Assembly (NCBI GenBank): GCA_002269645.1
Contig: NIVC01001605.1
Coordinates: 1 to 64,000 of the forward strand
Source: Macrostomum lignano
Lineage: Eukaryota
Direction: 5' to 3'
Length of the DNA stretch: 64,000 nucleotides
Shown: one piece after another, positions 1-10,800 of the stretch
How the letters are laid out: each line of letters begins with the position of its first letter
Position numbering within the stretch: position 1 is the stretch's first letter
Translations under genes and position numbers: made by a program
The notes under the pieces: model-generated
Seen by the model: only the letters and a program-made list of their open reading frames with translations
Told to the model about the DNA's origin: nothing
Databases searched by the model: none

Positions 1-369
1 GTCGAGAATTATCTAAAATCCATCGTATTAACCTGCTAATCAGCAGTTCAGCTACGCCCCCGTATCGTTGAGCACACAAGTTTTATAAATTATAGTATCT
101 GTCCACATTAGTAATAGCATTAACGCCTGTATACTTTATGCGTTTTGTTTGCCTTTCTCACTGTGCTGGTGTTCAACTTGCCAGTGGCTACTAATATTCA
201 TAGTAATAATTCTTAGTGCTGGAACTTGAAAGTCTACTAACAAAAAAGATACTGGGCCACAGCACTAGGCCTATGTGTTATATGCTTAAAGTCCTGAATT
301 GATGGCAGCTTTTATATGGCTAGTGAGCTTTCTGGCTCTGTTGGGGTGTGGCTTCTCCTACATGAGTTC

Positions 370-1120
370 CTTATCTATGCATCTGCCTTCTAACTCTCAC
401 TTTCTATCCTCCCTTCATCTCTTCGGTTTCTCTCATCCCTCCCTTCATTTCCCTTTCCCTATTTCTCCCTTCATCTCTACCTTTAACCTTTCCTCTCTTC
501 ATCCCTCGTCTATCTCATTTCTCCCTCATCTCCTCTACCAATTTCTGCCTTCATCTATCCCAATCCCTCTCCTCATCTCTCCCTTCATCTCCTTCTCTCC
601 ATATTTCTCCCTTCATCTCCCCCCTCTCCCCATCTTTCCCTTTATCTCTCCCTCTCCTTATTTCTCCCTATTTCTCCCTGCATCTTCTCTCTTCATTTCT
701 CCCTTCATCTTCCCCTTTCCCCATTTCTTACTCCATCTTCCCTTTATCTCTTTCTGTAACCTTTCTCCCACCATCCCTCGTATATCTCATTTCTCCCTTC
801 ATCTCTTCTCCCCATCTCTCCTTCATCTCTCCCTCCCTATTTCCACCATCTCCTCCCCCATCTCTCCCTTCATCTCTCCCTCCTATTTCCACCATCTCCT
901 CTCCCATTTCTCCCTTCATCTCTCCCTCTCCTCATTTCTCCCTATTTCTCCCTGCATCTTCCCCTTTTCCCATTTCTTACTTCATCTCTCCCTTCATCTC
1001 TTTCTGTAACCTTTTCTCCCATCATCCCTTGTCTATCTCATTTCTCCCTTCATCTCTTCCTCCCATTTCTCCTTCAGCTCCCATCCTCCATTTCTCCCTT
1101 AATCTTTTATTCCCTCATAC
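370..1120. repeat. Pyrimidine-rich low-complexity tandem repeat (CTCCCTTCATCTC-like units)
   Basis: Almost purely C/T on the + strand with recurring TCTCCCTTCATCTC and CCCATTTCT motifs. It accounts for the spurious Ser/Pro/Leu/Phe ORF 299-1009. Confidence 0.85.
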
Positions 1121-1231
1121 ATATATCATCCTCAAGAAGGTTAAGCATCTGCGCCAAGTGCCACTCCAAAGCCCGAGTGTGTGTACAGGATATTAACTGG
1201 ATTCGTCCCACCGCTTTCATCTCAACCGCAG

Positions 1232-3632
1232 TCGGCCTCAAACTGCAGTCCCAAGCCTCGCCAGCTGCTGCTGATCTCCGGCAAGCGCAAATCCGGCAAA
1301 GATCACGTGACCTCTCGAATATTAGCCGCCGCGGCTGAGCGCAACTTTCCTGCCGCTTGTGTTCGGGTCAGCCAGCCGCTGAAGGCGGAGTACGCCAGGC
1401 TGCACAAACTCGATGCAGACCGACTGGCGGATTCCACAGAGTACAAGGAGGCCTTCAGGGCTGACATGATCGCCTGGGGTGAGCGGCTGCGAGCTGCCGA
1501 TCCTGGCTGCTTCTGCCGGCTGGCGGTGCAGATGGCGCAACCGCCTGCTGACGGCTCTGGTGGTGTCAGATGTACGCAGGCCTACCGATATCCAATACTT
1601 TCTGGTGAGGGTATTGTCCTGACTGACTGTTTTTGAGTGTGTCTACGGTTTCTAGGGTTTGCTTTTTTCCAAAGTAGCGATTCTTTTCTTTGTAGCTAAT
1701 GTTATACCCGGTTGCTAGGGTTATTCCCGGTTGCTCTGGCTATTCCCGGTTGCTAGGGTCATTCTTCTAAGTTTCTACGGCTATTCCCGGTTGCTAGGGT
1801 TATTCCCGGTTTCTATGGCTATTTACGGTTGCTAGGGTCATTCTTCTAAGTTTCTACGGCTATTCCCGGTTGCTAGGGTTATTCCCGGTTGCTATGGCTA
1901 TTTACGGTTGCTAGGGTCATTCTTCTAAGTTTCTACGGCTATTCCCGGTTGCTAGGGTTATTCCCGGTTGCTAGGGTTATACCCGGTTGCTAGGGTTATT
2001 CCCGGTTGCTCTGGCTATTCCCGGTTGCTAGGGTCATTCTTCTAAGTTTCTACGGCTATTCCCGGTTGCTAGGGTTATTCCCGGCTTCTATGGCTATTTA
2101 CGGTTGCTAGGGTCATTCTTCTAAGTTTCTACGGCTATTCCCGGTTGCTAGGGTTATTCCCGGTTGCTATGGCTATTCCCGGTTGCTAGGGTCATTCTTC
2201 TAAGTTTCTACGGCTATTCCCGGTTGCTAGGGTTATTCCCGGTTTCTATGGCTATTTACGGTTGCTAGGGTCATTCTTCTAAGTTTCTACGGCTATTCCC
2301 GGTTGCTAGGGTTATTCCCGGTTTCTATGGCTATTTACGGTTGCTAGGGTCATTCTTCTAAGTTTCTACGGCTATTCCGGTTGCTAGGGTTATTCCCGGT
2401 TGCTATGGCTATTTACGGTTGCTAGGGTCATTCTTCTAAGTTTCTACGGCTATTCCCGGTTGCTAGGGTTATTCCCGGTTGCTAGGGTTATACCCGGTTG
2501 CTAGGGTTATTCCCGGTTGCTCTGGCTATTCCCGGTTGCTAGGGTCATTCTTCTAAGTTTCTACGGCTATTCCCGGTTGCTAGGGTTATTCCCGGCTTCT
2601 ATGGCTATTTACGGTTGCTAGGGTCATTCTTCTAAGTTTCTACGGCTATTCCCGGTTGCTAGGGTTATTCCCGGTTGCTATGGCTATTCCCGGTTGCTAG
2701 GGTCATTCTTCTAAGTTTCTACGGCTATTCCCGGTTGCTAGGGTTATTCCCGGTTTCTATGGCTATTTACGGTTGCTAGGGTTATTCCCGTTTCTATGGC
2801 TATTTACGGTTATTGGGATTATTCCGGTTGCTAGGGTTATTCCCGGTCTCTATGGTTATTTACGGTTGTTGGGATTATTCCCGGTTGCTAGGGTTATTCC
2901 CGGTTTCTATGGCTATTTACGGTTGTTGGGATTATTCCCGGTTGCTAGGGTTATTCCCGGTTTCTATGGCTATTTACGGTTGCTAGGGTCATTCTCGTTG
3001 CTAAGGTTATGCTAAGGTTATTCCCGGTTGCTAGGGTTATTCCCGGTTGCTAAGGTTATTCTCGGTTGCTAGGGTTATTCCTGGTTGCTGGGTTATTCTC
3101 GGTTGCTAAGGTTATTCCTGGTTGCTGGGTTATTCACGGTTGCTAGGGTTATTCCTGGTTACTAAGGTTATTCCCGGTTGCTAGGATTATTCCCGGTTGC
3201 TAAGGTTATTCCCGGTTGCTAGGGTTACTCCCAGTTGCTAGTGTATTTCCGGTTTGCTAGGGATATTCAGGGGTTGCTAGGGTTATTCCAGTTGTTAGGA
3301 TAATTCCTAGTTTCTAAGGATATTTTGATTGCTATAAGTCATTTTCTTTACTAAAGTGATAATTAGAGCTTGTGAAGGATGACCTCAGTCTCCCTGATCT
3401 GTCACTCCAGTCCGCCTACCCAGGCCGGGTTCACCTGCTCCGCCTGCGGGCCTCTGACGAGACTCGAACCCGGCGCGGCTGGGCCTTCGTTCCCGGAGTT
3501 GACGATGCGGAGTCCGAGTGCGCACTGGACTCCTGGGAGCGGTGGGACTCGGAGTTGGATAATAGCGGCGGAGAGTGCGACAGTGAGATTGATCGATGGA
3601 TTGATCTGCTTTTTGATAGATTGATTGTTTGA
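1232..3632 (+). CDS. PMVK: Phosphomevalonate kinase (animal type); exons ~1232-1604 and 3411-3632; 1-nt frameshift near 1545; no in-frame ATG before the domain
   Basis: Exon 1 encodes LLISGKRKSGKD, PLKAEYA and EYKEAFRADMIAWGE, then in the +1 frame LVVSDVRRPTDIQYFL ending at a GT donor (1605). Acceptor CTCCAG at 3405-3410 joins in phase 0 to SAYPGRVHLLRLRASDETRTRRGWAFVPGVDDAESECALD, matching the RGWxFTPGVDDAESEC motif of animal PMVK. Confidence 0.92.
1700..3340. repeat. Intronic minisatellite, ~19-nt core GGTTGCTAGGGTTATTCCC with higher-order structure
   Basis: Repeated GGTTGCTAGGG / GGTTGCTATGG / GGTTTCTATGG units, interleaved with GGTCATTCTTCTAAGTTTCTACGGCTATTCCC, fill the PMVK intron. Confidence 0.95.
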
Positions 3633-3720
3633 TACATTGATTGGAGACTTATCTTGTCTTTGAATTTTCTATAGTGGTGCATTTTTTCCTTTTTATATAC
3701 TTTGTAACTCTATATCTCCC

Positions 3721-4457
3721 AGTGAGAGTCAGGGAGAGAGAGAGGCCGGGTGAGAGTCAGATCGGTAGGGAAGGGTGAGAGTCAGGGAGAGACGAAAGGG
3801 CGAGAGTCAGGGAGAGAGAGAAGGGTGAGAGTCAGGGAGAGAGAGAAGGGTGAGAGTCAGGGAGAGACGAAAGGGCGAGAGTCAGGGAGAGAGAGAAGGG
3901 TGAGAGTCAGGGAGAGAGAAAAGGGTGAGAGTCAGGGAGAGAGAGAAGAGTGAGAGTCAGGGAGAGAGAAGGGTGAGAATCAGGGAGAGAGAGAAGGGTG
4001 AGAGACAGGGAGAGAGAGAAGGGTGAGAGTCAGCTCGGTAGGGAAGGGTGAGAGTCAGGGAGAGACTGACCCTGTGAGAGTCAGGGAGAGAGAGAAGGGT
4101 GAGAGACAGGGAGAGAGAGAAGGGTGAGAGTCAGCTCGGTAGGGAAGGGTGAGAGTCAGGGAGAGACTGACCCTGTGAGAGTCAGGGAGAGAGAGAAGGG
4201 TGAGAGTCAGGGAGAGAGAGAAGGGTGAGAGTCAGGGAGAGAGAGAAGGGTGAGAATCAGGGAGAGAGAGAGAGAAGGGTGAGAGTCAGGGAGAGAGAGA
4301 AGGGTGAGAGTCAGGTCGGTAGGGAAGAGTGAGAGTCAGGGAGAGACGAAAGGGTTAGAGTCAGGGAGAGATAGAAGGGTGAGAGTCAGGGAGAGAGAGA
4401 AGGGTGTGAGTCAGGGAGAGACGAAAGGGAGAGAGAGAAGGGTGAGAGTCAGGGAGA
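3721..4457. repeat. Purine-rich minisatellite (~25 nt, GGTGAGAGTCAGGGAGAGAGAGAAG)
   Basis: Direct tandem copies are visible between the PMVK stop and the NECAB 3' end. Confidence 0.9.
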
Positions 4458-4877
4458 AACTAGATGAAATATTCGGATAATATCTTTGGAGGGCCAAAAT
4501 TAGGGATTAATTGTTAAGACGTTTTATTCCATAAATGATCAAATTCGGTATTGATAAATGAGATTCTCACTATAAAGATAGTTATTACAGTGAAATTCAG
4601 TTATTATTGTGTCTTTTACAACACCGAACGCTTTTTTATAATCTATTTGTTTTAATATAGCGTTTATTTAATTTTAATAATAAACTAACTAATTTGACTT
4701 CTATGAACTTCTACATGTATGAAGCAATAAAAGAATTAAACTTTCAACAGTGTTTATAAATTTCGGCAATACATTGTGCAGCAAGCAATGTGTAAAACTG
4801 TTATAATTGAATTTGTGTGTTCGGTACTGCGTGTGGCTTTGTTAGTCCCCGTTTATAACAGCTGGCTGTCAATACCA

Positions 4878-7800
4878 TCAGTGATCCATGTTCTTCCACC
4901 AGCTCGCTGAAATTTATTCATTGCGAGGGGGGTGCATGTTTGAGTGATTTATTACTTCGGAAATGTTCAGGTAGTTTTGCGAATTCTGCAGATTCCGAAT
5001 TCATATGCGATTTCAGGACAATCTGGGGAATCTTCTATATAAGAATCCGGAGAATCTTTTATGAGAATCTTGGGAATCTTTTATGAGAATCCGGGGAATC
5101 TTTTATGAGAATCCAGGGAATCTTTTATGAGAATCCGGGGAATCTTTTATGAGAATCCAGGGAATCTTCTATATAAGAATCCGGAGAATCTTTTATGAGA
5201 ATCCGGGGAATCTTTTATGAGAATCCGGGGAATCTTTTATGAGAATCTTGGGAATCTTTTATGAGAATCCGGGGAATCTTTTATGAAAATCTTGGGAATC
5301 TTTTATGAGAATCCGGGGAATCTTTTATGAGAATCTTGGGAATCTTTTATAGGAATCCAGGGAATCTTTTATGAGAATCCGGGGAATCTTTTATGAGAAT
5401 CTTGGGAATCTTTTATGAGAATCCGGGGAATCTTTTATGAGAATCTTGGGAATCTTTTATGGGAATCCAGGGAATCTTTTATGAGAATCTTGGGAATCTT
5501 TTATGAGAATCCGGGGAATCTTTTATGAGAATCCGGAGAATCTTTTATGAGAATCTTGGGAATCTTTTATGGGAATCCAGGGAATCTTTTATGAGAATCT
5601 TGGGAATCTTTTATGAGAATCCGGGAATCTTTTATGAGAATCCGGAGAATCTTTTATGAGAATCTTGGGAATCTTTTATGAGAATCCGGGGAATCTTTTG
5701 AGAATCTTGGGAATCTTTTATAGAAATCCAGGGAATCTTTTATGAGAATCTTGGGAATCTTTTATGAGAATCCGGGGAATCTTTTATGAGAATCTTGGGA
5801 ATCTTTTATAGGAATCCAGGGAATCTTTTATGAGAATCTTGGGAATCTTTTATGAGAATCCGGGGAATCTTTTATAAGAATCTTGGGAATCTTTTATGGG
5901 AATCCGGGGAATCTTTTATAAGAATCTTGGGAATCTTTTATGGGAATCCAGGGAATCTTTTATGAGAATCTTAGGAATCTTTTATGAGAATCTTGGGAAT
6001 CTTTTATGGGAATCCAGGGAATCTTCTATATAAGAATCCGGAGAATCTTTTATGAGAATCTTGGGAATCTTTTATGGGAATCCGGGGAATCTTTTATGAG
6101 AATCTTGGGAATCTTTTATGAGAATCAGGGGAATCTTTTATGAGAATCCGGAGAATCTTTTATGAGAATCTTGGGAATCTTTTATAGGAATCCAGGGAAT
6201 CTTTTATGAGAATCTTGGGAATCTTTTATGAGAATCCGGGGAATCTTTTATGAGAATCTTTGGAATCTTTTATAGGAATCCAGGGAATCTTTTATGGGAA
6301 TCTTGGGAATCTTTTATGAGAATCCGGGGAATCTTTAATGAGAATCTTGGGAATCCAGGGAATCTTTTATGAGAATCTTGGGAATCTTTTATGAGAATCT
6401 TGGGAATCTTTTATGAGAATCCGGGGAATCTTTATGAGAATCGAGGGAATCTTTTATGAGAATCCGGGGAATCTTTTATGCGAATCCAGGGAATCTTTTA
6501 TGAGAATCTTAGGAATCTTTTATGAGAAACCGGGGAATCTTTTATGCGAGTCCAGGGAATCTTTTATGAGAATGTTGGGAATCTTTTAATGAGAATTTGA
6601 GGAATCATTCAGGAGAATCTGGGAAATTATTTAGGAGAATCTGGGGAATCTTTATTGAGAATCCGGGGAATATTTTAGGAGGCTAGGGAATTATTCAAGA
6701 GAATCTGAGGAATCGTGTCGGAGAATCTGGGGAGATTCCATTGAAGAATTCGGGGAATTTTCCATAGAAAATAGAATATTGCGTGGTAATCTCGTCGGGG
6801 AATTCAAGGAATCATGAATCGTGGGAGTTCAAATCGAAAATACAATAACTCAGAGACACTGGGAATCGAACCCAGGACCTCTGGAACACAAGAGAACGAC
6901 GGTATGCCTCTGTTACTTTTTACTCACAAGGCATGAGCATGGTGTCGGTGCTCTCGGGCGCATCTGTGCAGTCCACCAGAGCTCGGCGAAGGTCCCGGCT
7001 GACTGGGCTGGGCAGAAATTTTCTCCAGCTGCCCAGCGACTCCCAGAATTCGTAGAGGGTGACGGAGCCCGTGGATCGGTATTGCCGAATGCTCAGCCTG
7101 AGTTGGGGAGTGATGGATGGATTTGTGTGTAAAAAGATAATTATGGTTAGTACGTATGATCCTGGTTTTCCATTTTCCCCAATTACGGTTACTAGGGATT
7201 TGTACGAGTAGTTGCTAGGGCTATTTTTGGTTACTAGGGATATTTATGGTTGCTAGGGAATTTGTAGTTGTTAGAGTATTTACAGTTGCTAGGGATATTT
7301 ATGGGTCATAGGGATATTTACAATTGCTACGGATATTTATGGTTGCTAGGGCTATTTATGGTTGATAGGGCTATTTATGGTTGCTAGGGATATTTACAGT
7401 TGCTAGGGAATTTTTGGTTGCTAGGGCTTTTTATGGTTGATAGGGATATTTACAGTTGCTAGGGAATTTTTGGTTGTTTAAGGGTATTTACAGTTGCTAG
7501 GGATATTTATGGTTGCTAGGGCTATTTATGATTGCTAGGGCTATTTTATGGTTGCTATGGCTATTTACAGTTGCTATACTTATTGCTTCAAATGGATAAT
7601 TGCCAGGGCTAGGTGCTATTTTCGGTTGCTATAGGGCTACTGTATTTCAAGTTTCTCTCTTTCACAGAGAGCAATGGAGCCTCCTGGCTGAGGCAATTAC
7701 TCAAATAAACTTCTGGCTCCAGGGGCGGCTGTTGACAGAGACAAGGAGGCTCTCTGCGACCTCATCAGGGCTAAGTCAAAGAAAAAGACTATGAATAATA

Positions 7801-10800
7801 CAGAAGCTGAGAGCTTAGCCAGAGACTCTGGTCTTGAAGAGTCCGAGCATATATGAATATGTTGGCCCCTGTTATCTGGCGCAGGACTAGCTACTGCCAA
7901 CCTGACTTATAGCTAATGTTGTTTATCCAGGTTATATAGCGATTGGGGATACACCTTATAACTGCCTAAGATGCATGAAAACTCTGTCATGCAGAACCCA
8001 GTTAACTTAAGCTTCATCAAAGCCATACATAAAATGTATGTTTTTGCACGCGTCAATGAGTAATTGCGATTTTCTATTGTTCACGTGGGAGATTTGGTGC
8101 CAGTGCGTACTAAATTTCATAAAGGATCCTGACAGGATTGTATATTAATCCCAACTGCTCCGCATGCGAGCTTTGCCCAGGGATAGTAATCAATACATCA
8201 TGCTGGGGGGGGGGTTGATGCTGTGCGATATCATCTGGCATTGTTAGGCCGTATCTGCTATAAGCCCCTGGTTAATTTGCTTCTGCATAGCTCACTCCTA
8301 ATACAAGAACCATCTCCCTAAACCCACTGCAAACTCATTTATCTACCCCACAATTCACTGCAAACTCAAGCTATCTACCTCACAACTCACTGCAAACTCA
8401 AGCTATCTACCTCACACTCCACTGCAAACTCCAGCTATCTACCTCACACTCCACTGCAAACTCAAGCTATCTACCTCACACTCCACTGCAAACTCAAGCT
8501 ATCTAACCCACAACTCACTGCAAACTCAAGCTATCTACCTCACACTCCACTGCAAACTCAAGCTATCTACCTCACACTCCACTGCAAACTCAAGCTATCT
8601 ACCTCACACTCCACTGCAAACTCAAGCTATTTACCTCACACTCCACTGCAAACTCAAGCTATTTACCTCACACTCCACTGCAAACTCAAGCTATCTACCT
8701 CACACTCCACTGCAAACTCAAGCTATTTACCTCACACTCCACTGCAAACTCAAGCTATTTACCTCACACTCCACTGCAAACTCAAGCTATCTACCTCACA
8801 CTCCACTGCAAACTCAAGCTATTTACCTCACACTCCACTGCAAACTCAAGCTATTTACCTCACACTCCACTGCAAACTCAAGCTATCTACCTCACACTCC
8901 ACTGCAAACTCAAGCTATTTACCTCACACTCCACTGCAAACTCAAGCTATCTACCTCACACTCCACTGCAAACTCAAGCTATCTACCTCACACTCCACTG
9001 AAAACTCAAGCTATCTACCTCATAGCCCACCGAAAACTCGCTTCTAAAACCTTTATCTACTGAAGTACGTAATGTACACCTTAAAGACAACTCTCTAATA
9101 TTTAGTACCTAATGTGTCCCTTCTGTCAAAGCATGCATACATGTAAGCACAATACGGCACAGGACTTGTCTGCATTAATCAACTGACTCACATTTCAACC
9201 CCGGTGAATGCATGCATGCAGTAGAAATTGCAGTGCTCATCTTAAGCTCAAGATTTCGTGTCCGCTCTCTCCCTTCCTACCCCCTCTACCCTCCAAAAAA
9301 GCCCCCCGACACAAAAATTACAAGCTACATGTAGCAGATAGGCTCTTGTTTTTCTTGTTCAATTGTATCGACAACCCGGATGAAGGGGATTAGGGGAAGA
9401 GAGAATGAGAGCTGGCAGATGAAGGAGGAGGGAGAACACGGAGATGAGAACACAGATACATGCACATGCGGGCATGGCAGGTCAAACGAAGCGTCCACAC
9501 GCGCGACTTACAAGAGGCAGGATGTGACGCCTTCAAGCTGGCTCGAGTACTTCCTCACGGCGGACAGAAATGAGGCCAGCTGCTCTTCCTGGACTGCCAG
9601 CCGGCGGCGCACGATGAGGATCTGCGATGAAAGGGGGGAGGCTGAGGTGAGGACAAGTGCGCGGAAATGCAGCTGTAAATTTTACAGCAGGTTAAGTGAG
9701 AGGAAAGTGAATTGAATGATTTGCAAATGTGCTCTGCCCTCTGAGATGTGGAAAGGCGTACACGTGTACGCCTGCTGTGGTTGAAAATTTCCTCTTTGAC
9801 CATGCATTATCGCTTGCAAAACTAGCGACTGTGTATGCTCTAAAGTCCCCCATCATTAGTCCCCTAAAAGTCCCTTCCCAGCTACACTTAGAGTTCTGTC
9901 TAACGCGCTCCCTCATCATCGACTCGACGAGTTGAGAAAAAAGCCGAAATGCTCAAAGCTGGCGGTAGGAATCCATGCTGGCTGCATGCCTCTCCTCTGG
10001 CGCTAATTAGTGTAGCGGCAGTCCAATTTTCTTATGGGCTCAAAAGCGAATGAAGTCAGGGGGTGTGATGAGGGAGAGGACACGCTGGAGAGAGTTGACT
10101 GACTGACTGACTGACTGACTGACTGACTGACTGACTGACTGACTGACTGACTGACTGACTGACTGACTGACTGACTGACTGACTGACTGACTGACTGACT
10201 GACTGACTGACTGACTGACTGACTGACTGACTGACTGACTGACTGACTGACTGACTGACTGACTGACTGACTGACTGACTGACTGACTGACTGACTGACT
10301 GACTTAATTCCCATTTGCTATTCGGCTATCTAAAACATGTAGGAGAGAACCTTTTTGAGCTTGAGCCATTTGAGCTAACGGGATTACTGCAGAAGAAGGG
10401 AAACCATTCACTGAGGCGTCACATACTTCTTTCAGCACAATCTCAAATCCCCATGCTCCCCCTAACCAGCCTCATGGGAGATTTATTCCTCAATTTTCTC
10501 TGAGCTGAGTTCTCTGCTTGCGGCCCCGCATGCACTGCTCATGCTAGCTGAACTCACACACACAAGCACAGTCACACCAGTGAAAATGCACAAGGGAGAC
10601 TGAGGCAACGCTGGGTTAGAATTTTCCAACCCAGCTAGATGCAGAGAGAGAGGGACAGAGGGAGAGCGCGCGCGCAATGGAGGTTCAAGAGGCGCACTTT
10701 TCTGCACCCCATCACCTACGATCCCCAATGTTTTCCATTGCAGTCGGGGCGCTTTGCCAGCAGCCACCCTGCACTCCCTGCTGCAAATCCACTCTGCAGC

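Noticed and set aside
299-1009. 236-aa hydrophobic-looking ORF
   Set aside because: It is a translation of a C/T low-complexity repeat with no domain signal.
1700-3340. Interstitial telomeric repeat (TAGGGTT)
   Set aside because: No tandem TTAGGG; the motif is part of a longer 19-nt unit.
6845-6905. Possible tRNA gene (also 34920-34988 and 47005-47060)
   Set aside because: No complete cloverleaf or acceptor stem; better explained as SINE heads.
7650-7900. Short ORFs inside NECAB intron 5 (also 9692-9935, 10483-10920 and 14601-14828)
   Set aside because: Not needed for the NECAB reading frame and no recognisable motifs; probably decayed insertions.
5030-9030. CRISPR-like regular repeats
   Set aside because: Head-to-tail units without unique spacers, in eukaryotic introns, with no cas genes.
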